Origin: Halogeometricum borinquense DSM 11551
GTDB taxonomy: Archaea > Halobacteriota > Halobacteria > Halobacteriales > Haloferacaceae
DNA length: 32,000 nt
NCBI RefSeq assembly: GCF_000172995.2
Contig: NC_014735.1
Location: forward strand, 330,001-362,000
Direction: 5' to 3'
In this document: positions 1 through 8,997 of the stretch, in pieces
Position numbering within the stretch: position 1 is the first letter of the stretch
Layout of the letters: each line of letters starts with the position of its first letter
Notes under the pieces: generated by a model
What the model was told of the DNA's origin: nothing
Seen by the model: the letters and a program-made list of their open reading frames with translations, nothing else
The model's database searches: none
Program-made: the position numbers and the translations under genes

Positions 1-753
1 TGTGCCACTCCCAGTTCCCGTGTGGACAGTCGGCAACTCGACAGGGGTAATCGCTTGAAACTGGCCGTTGGCAAGCGTGATCGGCTGTAACCGATTACCG
101 ATACGGACACCGCGTAACTTCTCCAATCGGAGATGTCGCCGCGTGCGTCCGCGCTCGTCCTCCGCAACCTGTAGCGTAACAACACCGTCAACGATGTATT
201 CGAGCGGCGACGAATCGGCGGTTTCGGAGACGAGCAGCAGTCGGATGTCCTCTTGACGGGCAAGAGCGACCAACTGGGTCGTCACAGTTTCGATATCCGG
301 CGGTTCGTCGTGGCGAGTGGCCAAGTACTCGTAAATGAGCTCCCAACTGTCGAACGCAATCGTGAGCCGCTTGCTTGCGGCCTTGACCTGTTGGATCCAT
401 TCGAGTAGAGCGTCTAAATCCAACCTCTCGAACGGGACATCCATGTCTAACGGAAGCTCGAACGGGTCTTGGGAGAGGTCGAGAATGGATGTCTTATCGA
501 GGGAAAAATGCTCCTCGAAGTACATCTCGTGGACCGTATCTTGGTCAACGCGAGTCGACACATAGAGAACATCACCATCACGCTCCAGAACGTCAAGACC
601 GCGAATCGTGAACAGCGTTTTCCCTGTCCCCGGCGCTCCCTTAACGAGCAGAGCGTGACCCGGGTCGCCAGTAAAAAAACGGCTGATTTCGCGGGGAAAG
701 AGCGCACGGCCCTGTTGTTCCGTGAGCAAGGATGCAGGATCAGGTGAGGTCAT
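1..753 (-). CDS. gvpD: gas vesicle regulatory protein GvpD, N-terminal 251 codons (3' end runs off the window)
   Basis: It is absent from the supplied ORF track because no stop codon lies in the window. The reverse-strand ATG at 753-751 opens an uninterrupted frame down to position 1: [71 protein letters not shown]... It has a P-loop (GAPGTGKT) and lies divergent from gvpA, as in known vac regions. Confidence 0.85.
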   Translation of the reverse strand, partial: MTSPDPASLLTEQQGRALFPREISRFFTGDPGHALLVKGAPGTGKTLFTIRGLDVLERDGDVLYVSTRVDQDTVHEMYFEEHFSLDKTSILDLSQDPFELPLDMDVPFERLDLDALLEWIQQVKAASKRLTIAFDSWELIYEYLATRHDEPPDIETVTTQLVALARQEDIRLLLVSETADSSPLEYIVDGVVTLQVAEDERGRTRRHLRLEKLRGVRIGNRLQPITLANGQFQAITPVELPTVHTGTGSGT

Positions 754-886
754 AGGTTGCGTATGGTCGGTGGATGCCGGAGCGGTTTGCACTGGTTGAC
801 AACAGTATGAAGCGCTCCTTAATCGAGCCGACCCTACGTGAGAACTCATTCTCATCGTACTTATATGTTTGACCTATTACAGGAAG

Positions 887-922
887 TGAAACGGTTGGTG
901 AAATCATACAAATCAATTTACA
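887..922 (+). promoter_or_regulatory. gvpA promoter: GvpE-UAS-like element plus TATA-like box
   Basis: TGAAACGG-TTGG-TGAAATCA at 887-906 resembles the published GvpE upstream activator sequence TGAAACGG-n4-TGAACCAA. An A/T box AATTTACA at 915-922 lies about 50 nt upstream of the gvpA ATG. An oppositely placed TTATAT at 861-866 could serve gvpD. Confidence 0.6.
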
Positions 923-971
923 ACTTCATTGGGTAGTGTCGTGTGGGTACAAAGTACAACCCAGACCAATC

Positions 972-1208
972 ATGGCTCAACCCGATTCATCGAGTTTGGC
1001 GGAAGTTCTGGACCGCGTATTGGACAAGGGTGTCGTCGTCGACGTGTGGGCGCGTGTCTCCCTCGTCGGTATCGAGATTCTGACCGTTGAGGCGCGAGTC
1101 GTCGCTGCGTCGGTCGATACCTTCCTCCATTACGCTGAAGAAATCGCAAAAATCGAACAAGCGGAACTCACTGCTACCGCCGAGGCAGCACCCACGCCTG
1201 AGGCCTGA
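972..1208 (+). CDS. gvpA: major gas vesicle structural protein GvpA (78 aa)
   Basis: The sequence [66 protein letters not shown]... is near-identical to haloarchaeal GvpA. I place the start at ATG 972 rather than the GVG-type track start at 936. Confidence 0.97.
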   Translation: MAQPDSSSLAEVLDRVLDKGVVVDVWARVSLVGIEILTVEARVVAASVDTFLHYAEEIAKIEQAELTATAEAAPTPEA

Positions 1209-1245
1209 ACCGCTGGCCTACTTTGGCGGAGTACGGAGGCGTATA

Positions 1246-1277
1246 GCTTGCAAGCAAACACTATCCAACCTATTTTT
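1246..1277 (+). terminator. candidate partial terminator between gvpA and gvpC
   Basis: A perfect 10-bp palindrome GCTTGCAAGC (1246-1255) is followed by a T5 run (1273-1277). Archaeal termination typically uses oligo-T. In known vac regions the abundant gvpA mRNA ends here, with read-through into gvpCNO. Confidence 0.3.
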
Positions 1278-1291
1278 GCACACAACCACCC

Positions 1292-2450
1292 ATGACTGTC
1301 AGAGACAAACGCGAGAAAATGACCGCAACCCGCGAGGAGTTCGCGGACGCACAGCAAGAGTTCGCGGCGTACGCCGCAGACTTCGCCGCTGACATCGAAA
1401 CCAAACGAGATGTGAGTAGCCTGCTCGATGCAATCGATGCCCTCCGAGCGGAGATCGAGGAGACCGGCGACGCGTTCGACGCATATAACCAGGAGTTCGC
1501 TGCTGAAGTCAGCCATCTCCAGACCGAAATCGGTGAGCAGCGAGAAGCGCTGCGTGAGATGCGTGACATCTTCGACGCGTATGCTGAGACCTTCGAATCG
1601 GATGTCGAAGCAAAGCAAGACGTAAGCGATCTCCTCGCCGCAATCGAGGACCTGCGAGCGGAGATGGACACAACTCACGAGGCGTTCGACGCGTATACGA
1701 ACGAGTTCGTGACCGATGTGGCTGCCCTCCGCGATGTATCCGACCTGTTGGCGGCAATCGAGGAACTACAACTGGAATTCGGCGCAGTCCAAGCGGAGTT
1801 CGACGACTACACCGATGACTTCGATGCCGACATCGAGCGATTCCGGAATGCCGTCGCAGAACAGCGCGATGCCGTCGCAGAATACCGCGAGGAGTTTCAC
1901 GGCGTCGAAGTACAAGCTATGCTGAACGCGATTGCCGATTTCCAACAGGAAATCGACGACTTCAGAGCGGAGTTCGAAACGACTGAGGAGTCCTTCGACG
2001 CCTTCGCCCGCGACTTCTACGGAGCAGAAGCGTCGGATTCGGGGGACGCCCCTCGAAACGGAAGCCGAAGCACCAGACGCCGGAGTACCGGAACAACCGG
2101 CCGAAGAATCAGTTGAAACCGAGAACGAGGAAGCGGAACTCGAAGTAGTCGAAACCGAGACCGACACCGAAGATACAGACACGGGGAGTATCAAGGAGGT
2201 CGAAGAAGAGTTGATTATAGAAGAGGAGATCGACACGGAGGACACGAGAGAAGCGGAGAATGCGGTAGAAGAGGACGAAGAGACGGAAGCAGACGAAGAT
2301 GCTCCAGAAGGAATGATTCAGTGTCTCGTGTGCGGTGAATACTATCAGGCGATTACGGAACCGCACTTACAGACCCACGACATGACGATTCAGGAGTACC
2401 GTGAAGAGTACGGTGAAGACATGCCACTCCGCCCGGACGATAAAGCATGA
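1292..2450 (+). pseudogene. gvpC: gas vesicle protein GvpC, reading frame split by a 1-nt frameshift near 2041-2045
   Basis: ORF 1292-2116 carries the GvpC helical repeats. ORF 1932-2450, in a different frame, carries the acidic tail and the conserved C-terminus CLVCGEYYQAITEPHLQTHDMTIQEYREEYGEDMPLRPDDKA. Deleting one G from the G5 run at 2041-2045 joins them as ...EASDSGTPLETEAEAP... The stop overlaps the gvpN ATG. Confidence 0.85.
1331..2020 (+). repeat. GvpC internal imperfect repeats of about 32-39 aa, visible at DNA level
   Basis: Recurring units include DVS(S/D)LL(D/A)AI(D/E)(A/D/E)L(R/Q)AE...(A/E)F(D)AY..(E)F...(D)V, for example at aa 40, 110 and 148, plus a degenerate unit AMLNAIADFQQEIDDFRAEF. 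Confidence 0.8.
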
Positions 2451-3490
2451 CGAACGGGTCACGCAAACGGAAGGTTCGAGGGTCGCAAATCCGCTCGTCT
2501 CGCGACGAAAAACAAGAACAAAACGTACGCAATCGCAGAGAAAAAGAACGCCAACGCCTCGAAAAACAGGAGTCTCACCGAGCAGGGAACGGAGCAGCAC
2601 AGTTCGACGACCGATTTATGCCCGAAGAACAGCCGTTCGTCGAGACCGAGGCGGTAGCGCAGGTCGAAACGCGCATGAGTCGGTGGCTCGACGTGGGACG
2701 GCCCGTTCACCTGATCGGGCCGACCGGTTGTGGAAAGACGGCGTTGGCGATGCACGTCGCTCACGAGCGCGACCGCCCGGTCGTCTGGATCAACGGTGAT
2801 GCCGACCTAACGACGAGTGACCTCGTCGGAGAGTACGCCGAAAAAGAGCGCATTTCAGAGCGCGACAAGTACATCCACAACGTCATCAAGAGCAAGGATA
2901 TCATCCGTGATCGATGGGTGAACAATCCGCTAACAGTGGCCGTGCAGGAAGGAGCGACGCTGGTGTACAACGAGTTCTCCCGGACGAAACCCGTCGCAAA
3001 CAACGTTCTCCTGTCGGTCTTCGAGGAGGGGGTTCTCGAACTCCCGGGACAGCGTGGAGAGTCCAGATACGTCGATGTACACTCCGATTTCCGAGCGATT
3101 CTGACCTCGAACTCCGTGGAGTACGCTGGCGTTCACGAGCCACAAGATGCGCTCTTGGATCGTCTCGTCGGCCTCTACATGGATTTCTACGACCGTGATA
3201 CCGAGGTCGAAATCGTCCAGTCCCACGTCGATGGACTCGATGCCGAAAATATAGAACAGATCGTTGAATTGATGCGCGAGTTGCGCGAGCGGCTCGATAT
3301 CAACGTCGGGACACGAGCGGCGATTATGGCTGCTGAGGGCATCGGAACTGTCGATGATCGTAACCAATCCGTACTAACGGACATCTGTGTTGATGTGTTG
3401 GCCTCGAAAGTTGCTCAGCGTAGTGAGGTTTCGGAGTTGCGAGACGTGGTCGAGTCCGCCATCCAAGACATGGAGGTCACCATTTCTTAA
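2447..3490 (+). CDS. gvpN: gas vesicle AAA+ ATPase GvpN
   Basis: It has a basic N-terminus MTNGSRKRKVRGSQIRSSR and a Walker A motif, HLIGPTGCGKTALAM. The segments RPVVWINGDADLTTSDLVGEYAEKERISE and LVYNEFSRTKPVANNVLLSVFEEGVLELPG are typical of GvpN. Its ATG overlaps the gvpC stop as ATGA. Confidence 0.95.
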   Translation: MTNGSRKRKVRGSQIRSSRDEKQEQNVRNRREKERQRLEKQESHRAGNGAAQFDDRFMPEEQPFVETEAVAQVETRMSRWLDVGRPVHLIGPTGCGKTALAMHVAHERDRPVVWINGDADLTTSDLVGEYAEKERISERDKYIHNVIKSKDIIRDRWVNNPLTVAVQEGATLVYNEFSRTKPVANNVLLSVFEEGVLELPGQRGESRYVDVHSDFRAILTSNSVEYAGVHEPQDALLDRLVGLYMDFYDRDTEVEIVQSHVDGLDAENIEQIVELMRELRERLDINVGTRAAIMAAEGIGTVDDRNQSVLTDICVDVLASKVAQRSEVSELRDVVESAIQDMEVTIS

Positions 3491-3514
3491 GGTATCAGCT
3501 TCATACCTAGGAAA

Positions 3515-3937
3515 ATGTCAGACCAAGCAAACGATCCGCCAGAACGTGATGACATCAACGATGTGGTCTCCCCTACCGAGATAGAGGGGATGCCGTCAGC
3601 GGAGCATGTCGATGATGAGTCTTCCGAGCAGGCTACATCGGCTGAAGCGATGCCGAACCAGTCTTCGGATTCACCAATCGGACTCGGTGACGCGCAAAAA
3701 CGAGCGCGAGAAGTGGCAGAAGAGCTGTTAGAATACAAATTCGAGGGGATCATCAAAATCGAGGCGACGGACGACGACAGCTGGCGGACTGTCGTGGAAG
3801 TGGTCGAACGGAGTGCCGTTCCGGATACTCAAGATATCATCGGGTGCTACGAAATCACACTCGACGAGACGGGGAGTGTCACCAGCTACGAGCTACTGAG
3901 ACGCTACCGACGTGGTGATATGAAAGAGGAGATGTGA
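3515..3937 (+). CDS. gvpO: gas vesicle protein GvpO
   Basis: It occupies the fourth position of the gvpACNO unit. An acidic N-terminal half is followed by a conserved C-terminal half, [57 protein letters not shown]. Confidence 0.85.
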   Translation: MSDQANDPPERDDINDVVSPTEIEGMPSAEHVDDESSEQATSAEAMPNQSSDSPIGLGDAQKRAREVAEELLEYKFEGIIKIEATDDDSWRTVVEVVERSAVPDTQDIIGCYEITLDETGSVTSYELLRRYRRGDMKEEM

Positions 3938-4134
3938 CTGATTGCACCAAACAGAAGCAAGTCGGCAAACACGACGTACCGGCTGATCGTGGCAAACGAG
4001 GAAGGCGAGTTGGGAGTATCGACCCGGTTAGTATCGCAGTTACGGGTTCACGATAGCCGTCATAGGCCTGTCGTGTCCCAGTCCTATCAACTACGCAAAT
4101 ATTCTTACACCGTCCAAGTCGATTTCTGTGTGAG

Positions 4135-5862
4135 ATGTCTCCATCCGATAACGATCAGGATTCGATGCCGTCCGATTACGAGATTGCACAGTCCACTGAG
4201 ATGGTTCCGATCTGGGACTTCCTCGAACCGTGGGATCTCGACAGCAGCGACCTGCAGTACTCCGGTGAGTACAAAGCGAAAATCGAGCACCACGCTGTCG
4301 AGCGTCTCCGTGACGATGCCGCGGACAGAGCGCAAAATCTCGTCCTCGTAACCGGCATGACGCCGACACCGTTGGGTGAAGGGAAAACGGTGACGACGGT
4401 CGGACTCGGACAGACGCTCGACCACCTCGGCAAAGAGGCAGTTATCGCTATCCGCGAACCGTCGCTCGGCCCGATATTCGGGGTCAAAGGTGGCGCGGCC
4501 GGTGGTGGCTACTCGCAGGTCTTGCCGATGGAAGATATCAATCTCCACTTTACCGGCGATCTCCACGCGCTCACGTCGGCGCATAACCTTATCGCGGCGA
4601 TGCTCGACGCGAAAATATCGCAAGGGAGCGAGTTGGAAATCGACGTGAACGATGTCGAATGGCCCCGCGCTCTCGATATGAACGACCGCGTACTTCGGGA
4701 AACGGTCGTCGGTCTCGGCGGCAAGACGGGTGGCACGCCGCGCGAGGATGGCTTCCTCCTCACTGCAGCCTCGGAGTTGATGGCCGTCCTGTGTCTGGCA
4801 AGCGACCTCGGCGACCTTAAAGAGCGCATCGCCCGGATCATCGTCGCGTACGACGACGAAGGCGACCCGGTCACTGTAGACGATATCGAGGCCACCGGCC
4901 CGGTCACGATGCTCCTCCGTGACGCCATCAAGCCCAATATCGTTCAAACAATCGAGGGGACGCCCGCGTTCGTCCACGGTGGCCCGTTCGCAAATATTGC
5001 TCACGGAACGAACTCGCTCATCGCTGACAAGGCCGCGTTCGGCATGGGTGACTATCTAGTCACAGAAGCCGGATTCGGGTCTGATCTCGGCGCGGAGAAG
5101 TTCATGAACATCGTCTGCCGATTCGGGGAGATGACACCGAACGTCCTTGTTCTCGTTGCCTCCGTCCGGGCACTCAAGTACCACGGGCTGGATATGTGGC
5201 CCACAGACTACGACGCGATAGCAGAAGCGGGAGTTGACGCAATAGAGCGCGGATTCGAGAATCTCGACAAGCACGTCCAGAACTTACAGCAGTTCGGCGT
5301 GCCCGTCGTCGTCGCCGTCAACCGCTTCCCGAATGATACGGACGAGGAAATCCAGACCGTCTTAGACCACTGCCGCGACGATATCGGCGTGAAAGCTGCT
5401 GAATCAACCGTCTTCGCGGACGGCGGTGAAGGCGGCGTTGACCTCGCAGAAAACATCATCGAGGAAGTCGAAACCAACGACCCGGACGACTTCGCGTTTC
5501 TGTACGAGGACGACGCATCGATCAAAGAGAAAATAGAGACCGTTGCGACCGAGATGTACGGTGCTGATGGGGTGACCTACACGGGGACCGCATCGGAAGA
5601 TATCGAGCGGATGGAGGAGTTAGGCTTTGCGGAGTACCCGGTTTGTCTCTCGAAGACGTTCCACTCACTGAGCGACGATTCGAGCAAGAAAGGCGCGCCG
5701 ACGGACTGGTCGCTCGAAGTCCGCGAGGTGTACCCGTCCGCCGGAGCGGGGTTCCTCGTTGCACTCACCGGCGACGTATTGACGATGCCGGGACTACCCG
5801 CTGACCCGGCCGCCGCAGACATGGATATCGACGCCGAAGGTAACATCTCCGGACTGTTCTGA
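4135..5862 (+). CDS. fhs: formate--tetrahydrofolate ligase
   Basis: 575 aa. It has the FTHFS signature region VTGMTPTPLGEGKTVTTVGLGQTL, followed by PSLGPIFGVKGGAAGGGYSQV and VHGGPFANIAHG. Confidence 0.95.
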   Translation: MSPSDNDQDSMPSDYEIAQSTEMVPIWDFLEPWDLDSSDLQYSGEYKAKIEHHAVERLRDDAADRAQNLVLVTGMTPTPLGEGKTVTTVGLGQTLDHLGKEAVIAIREPSLGPIFGVKGGAAGGGYSQVLPMEDINLHFTGDLHALTSAHNLIAAMLDAKISQGSELEIDVNDVEWPRALDMNDRVLRETVVGLGGKTGGTPREDGFLLTAASELMAVLCLASDLGDLKERIARIIVAYDDEGDPVTVDDIEATGPVTMLLRDAIKPNIVQTIEGTPAFVHGGPFANIAHGTNSLIADKAAFGMGDYLVTEAGFGSDLGAEKFMNIVCRFGEMTPNVLVLVASVRALKYHGLDMWPTDYDAIAEAGVDAIERGFENLDKHVQNLQQFGVPVVVAVNRFPNDTDEEIQTVLDHCRDDIGVKAAESTVFADGGEGGVDLAENIIEEVETNDPDDFAFLYEDDASIKEKIETVATEMYGADGVTYTGTASEDIERMEELGFAEYPVCLSKTFHSLSDDSSKKGAPTDWSLEVREVYPSAGAGFLVALTGDVLTMPGLPADPAAADMDIDAEGNISGLF

Positions 5863-6025
5863 CCCGGATCGGACACTGCGTTCGATTAGCTTCCGGACGG
5901 TGTCGAATCGATGCGGCCGTTGCGACCGCTCCCCCGGCCCGCCTCGCTCCCGTCAAACGGTGAACGCCACCGCCTTTGGGCGATTCAACACATCGTTTAA
6001 TGTACTTTCGTGTTATGTCTCAATC

Positions 6026-7123
6026 ATGACTCGGGGATACCGACGATTACTCCCAATCGTTACGATGGGATTCGGAGTTGGTCTCGTCGGTGTCAGCCTC
6101 GCCGAAATCCTGCTTCGGATGAGTGGTCGGATCCCGACAGGAATCCCGTTTTGGGCGAGCGTCACGACCAGTGCCCCGTTTGCACTGTATCTCATGATCG
6201 GCGGATACTGGCTCAAGCGGAGTGATGTCCCCGAAGTCCGTTACCCCCGAGTGCTCGCGATTACGATGACTGGAATGATGTTTCTCGGCGGATTCTTCAC
6301 AATCATTGGGGTCACCTTTCGACAGGTGGGAATCGTCCAAACCCTCTCTCCGATTCGGTGGGGATTGTCGGTGGGAGGGGGCAGTGGATTACTCCTTGCG
6401 TTCTTGAACGCCCAACGAATAGAGAAAGAACTCGCCAGTGAACGCGAATTGATCCGCTCAGCGGAGCTTGAGGAGCGTCGAGAACTCCTCAATTATCTGA
6501 ATGCGTTGCTCCGCCACGAAGTACTGAATACCGCGAACGTCATCGAAGGATATGCCACTGGCTTGATGGAGTCTCTAGACGGCGATGAAAAGGACAACGC
6601 CGCGACGATCCGGCGCCAAGCCCGAGAGCTGACAGTAATAATAGACGATGTCCGCTTTCTTCTTCGGGCCGCTGGCGAGAATCCGTCGATGGAACCGACC
6701 AACCTCTCTCGGATGCTTCGAGATGAACTGACGAGTCTCCAAGATCGACATCCAGAGGTCGATATCGACCGGGACATTCCGGACGAGGTGTACGTCGCTG
6801 CCGATCTAATGCTCAAACGACTGCTCTCCAACCTGTTGGAAAATGCCGTAGAGCACAACCCAGACGAGAGACCCTGGGTATCTGCCGAGGTATCCGTCAC
6901 CGACGATACTGCGGCAGTCCGCATCGAGGATAACGGTCCAGGCGTTCCGGAAACCGTTCAGTCGGATCTGTTCAAACCAGCCCAGAAGTGGGATGACCGG
7001 CACGGACTGGGTCTCCTCATCGTCAAACGACTGGCCAACCGATACGACGGCCGGATCGAACTCACCGAAACCGGTCCGGACGGGAGCGTGTTCACGGTCG
7101 AACTCCCTCTGGCGACGACGTAG
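6026..7123 (+). CDS. membrane sensor histidine kinase (multi-TM N-terminus, HisKA-like H-box, HATPase_c)
   Basis: It has hydrophobic N-terminal segments, an H-box LNALLRHEVLNTANVIEGY, an N-box LLSNLLENAVEHN, and G-boxes IEDNGPGVP and GLGLLIVKRLA. I moved the start to ATG 6026 because the track start at 5900 adds an Arg/Cys-rich non-protein-like leader. A TTTAAT box lies about 26 nt upstream. Confidence 0.85.
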   Translation: MTRGYRRLLPIVTMGFGVGLVGVSLAEILLRMSGRIPTGIPFWASVTTSAPFALYLMIGGYWLKRSDVPEVRYPRVLAITMTGMMFLGGFFTIIGVTFRQVGIVQTLSPIRWGLSVGGGSGLLLAFLNAQRIEKELASERELIRSAELEERRELLNYLNALLRHEVLNTANVIEGYATGLMESLDGDEKDNAATIRRQARELTVIIDDVRFLLRAAGENPSMEPTNLSRMLRDELTSLQDRHPEVDIDRDIPDEVYVAADLMLKRLLSNLLENAVEHNPDERPWVSAEVSVTDDTAAVRIEDNGPGVPETVQSDLFKPAQKWDDRHGLGLLIVKRLANRYDGRIELTETGPDGSVFTVELPLATT

Positions 7124-7187
7124 CGAGGCTGATACTCCGCCGTGAAGCGCTCGCTCGACTTCGCCGTACAGCACGTACTTTCGGACG

Positions 7188-8720
7188 CTAAAGCTCCTGT
7201 TCGTGCTTTTTTCGCTCGGTGATATCCCGACTGTTAATCACGAACCCCTCGACAGCGGGATTATCCAACTGGTTGTTGCCGACCGCTTCGATCCAGCGCC
7301 ACGACCCATCCTTATGCCGGAACCGACACTCGACAGTTGGTGTCATCTCCGGGTTTGAGACCGCCTCGCTGAACGTTTCCATGACCTCCTGACGGTCCTC
7401 GGGATGGATGTATTCGAAGGCGTTCTCACCGAGCAACGCCTCGGGTTCGTATCCGAGAACGTGCTCGACCGACGGACTCTGGTATAAGTACGTACCGTCT
7501 TCATCGAGGACGACGATGATGTCAGTCGAGTTTTCGATGAACGCTTGGAATCGCTCTTGCTGCGCTTTGCGCTCTGAGATGTCTCTTGCGATACCGACGA
7601 GACCGGTGAGGTTACCCTCCGGGTCGGTCAAACGTGCGCCGGTGAACTCGTGGGGGATGTACTCCCCATGTTTCGTGAGTACATTGGCTTCAACAGTGGC
7701 AGATCCCGTCGTTAGCGCCTCCTCGATTGCCTCACCCACCCGCTCTCGTTCATCCTCGGGGAAGAACTCAATCGCTTGCATCTCGCTGATTTCCGCATCG
7801 GTGTACCCGGTGCGTTCCAAGGCAGTCTCGTTCCACCGTCGCATCGTGCCATCCGGGTTAATAACGTAGAACGCGTCATCGAGCGCATTGAGCGCTTGGT
7901 CGATGAACATGCGCTCCTGCCGAAGCGTTCTCTCTCGTTTTTTTCGCTCGGTGATATCGCGTGCGAAGCCGGCGATGCGAGTGACCGTCCCAGCACTGTC
8001 GGTGATCGGTTCGGCCTGTACCCAGATCCATCGCTGATAGTTTTCGTCTTCGTTGACGCGGTATTCGAGATCGGCCGGATTCCCGTTCGAAAGTTGGTTC
8101 ATCGCAGCCGTAACTTGCTCACGGTCGTCGGGATGAACGCCGTGTAGAAAGTCCCGAGGCTGCGCCGCAAGTGTCTCCGTCGAACGGCCCCAAATATCTT
8201 CGTAGGCGGAGTTGATATAGAGCAGTTCATCCCAATCCGATGAAAACATCCAGAGGACATCGTTACTTGCCTCGCTCAGTTCCTGTAAGCGGCGTTCGGT
8301 CTTGGTCGCTTGCTGTTCGGCACGGTACTGTGAGACCACGTTTTTGATTCGGTTCGCCAGCAGTTTGTACTGTCCCGTCCCGGCCTGCTTCTGGAGATAA
8401 TCGGTTACCCCTGCCGAAATAGCGTCGCTGGCAATGCTTTCGCTTCCTTTGCCAGTAAATAGAATGAACGGGAGCGAAGGATAGTCCTCACGGACGGCGT
8501 TGAGAAATTCGATGCCGTTCTGCTCCGGCATATCGTAATCGGAGACGACACAGTCGATGTCCTCGGTGGCAAGCACATCAAGCCCCGCTCCGGCAGTCGT
8601 TGCCGTCTCAACGACAAAGCTGTCGTTTTCCCGTTCGAGAAAGTCGGCCGCCAGTGTCGCAAAGTCAGGTTCGTCATCGACGTGAAGCACGTGAATCGGC
8701 CGATCTGACTGTACCATCAT
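7188..8720 (-). CDS. response-regulator receiver domain fused to three PAS/PAC domains, with no recognisable output domain
   Basis: The receiver is IHVLHVDDEPDF...DCVVSDYDMPEQNGIEF...PFILFTGKG. Three PAS/PAC units each end in the DIT/SERK motif (ARDITERKKRE, ARDISERKAQQ, SRDITERKKHE). I moved the start to the ATGATG at 8720, because the track start at 8849 lies in AT-rich non-coding sequence. Confidence 0.85.
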   Translation of the reverse strand: MMVQSDRPIHVLHVDDEPDFATLAADFLERENDSFVVETATTAGAGLDVLATEDIDCVVSDYDMPEQNGIEFLNAVREDYPSLPFILFTGKGSESIASDAISAGVTDYLQKQAGTGQYKLLANRIKNVVSQYRAEQQATKTERRLQELSEASNDVLWMFSSDWDELLYINSAYEDIWGRSTETLAAQPRDFLHGVHPDDREQVTAAMNQLSNGNPADLEYRVNEDENYQRWIWVQAEPITDSAGTVTRIAGFARDITERKKRERTLRQERMFIDQALNALDDAFYVINPDGTMRRWNETALERTGYTDAEISEMQAIEFFPEDERERVGEAIEEALTTGSATVEANVLTKHGEYIPHEFTGARLTDPEGNLTGLVGIARDISERKAQQERFQAFIENSTDIIVVLDEDGTYLYQSPSVEHVLGYEPEALLGENAFEYIHPEDRQEVMETFSEAVSNPEMTPTVECRFRHKDGSWRWIEAVGNNQLDNPAVEGFVINSRDITERKKHEQEL

Positions 8721-8997
8721 GGCAATTGTTATCTTGGAAATATAAAGAATTGAGGTACTACTCAGAGAGAAAAACACCCGATAAATAACATATAATATGC
8801 ATAATATACATCGATACTGGATTGGTGTTTTCTGAGGATAGAAAACCACTAATGGGAAAATTCTAAATTTGAATCTTCATCTCCAAAATGAAGGTGTCAA
8901 GATCTATCTAGATACTGTCTTATCCTAAACACCGCTAGTATGGCCTATTCTGACACCAAACCATCGAAATCTGAAAGGCAAGACGAAACTCGGCGAG

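Noticed and set aside
68-747. Several 60-92 aa ORFs on both strands in the first 750 bp
   Set aside because: They are all out-of-frame or antisense shadows of the edge-truncated gvpD frame. Their Arg/Ser/Cys-rich composition is unlike haloarchaeal proteins.
936-971. N-terminal extension of gvpA from the alternative start at 936 ([12 protein letters not shown]...)
   Set aside because: GvpA proteins begin MAQPDSS. ATG 972 gives the canonical 78-aa protein, and the extension would cover the expected 5' UTR.
1130-2245. Long antisense ORFs (182, 133 and 159 aa) opposite gvpC
   Set aside because: They are low-complexity mirror images of the repetitive, acidic gvpC sequence. There is no independent support for them.
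4105-5004. 299-aa minus-strand ORF inside fhs, and similar long antisense ORFs at 9172-9888, 11376-12107, 15253-16392, 20536-21051 and 22656-23141
   Set aside because: They are typical GC-rich shadow ORFs fully embedded in well-supported genes. They are Arg-rich with no recognisable motifs.
5900-6025. Upstream start for the histidine kinase at 5900
   Set aside because: The extra 42 residues (MSNRCGRCDRSPGPPRSRQ...) are non-protein-like. ATG 6026 has a TATA-like box at the right distance and begins directly with the first TM segment.
8721-8849. Upstream start for the receiver-PAS gene at 8849
   Set aside because: The extension (MVFYPQKTPIQYRCILCILYVIYRVFF...) is a translation of AT-rich promoter DNA. 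The receiver domain begins right after the ATGATG at 8720.
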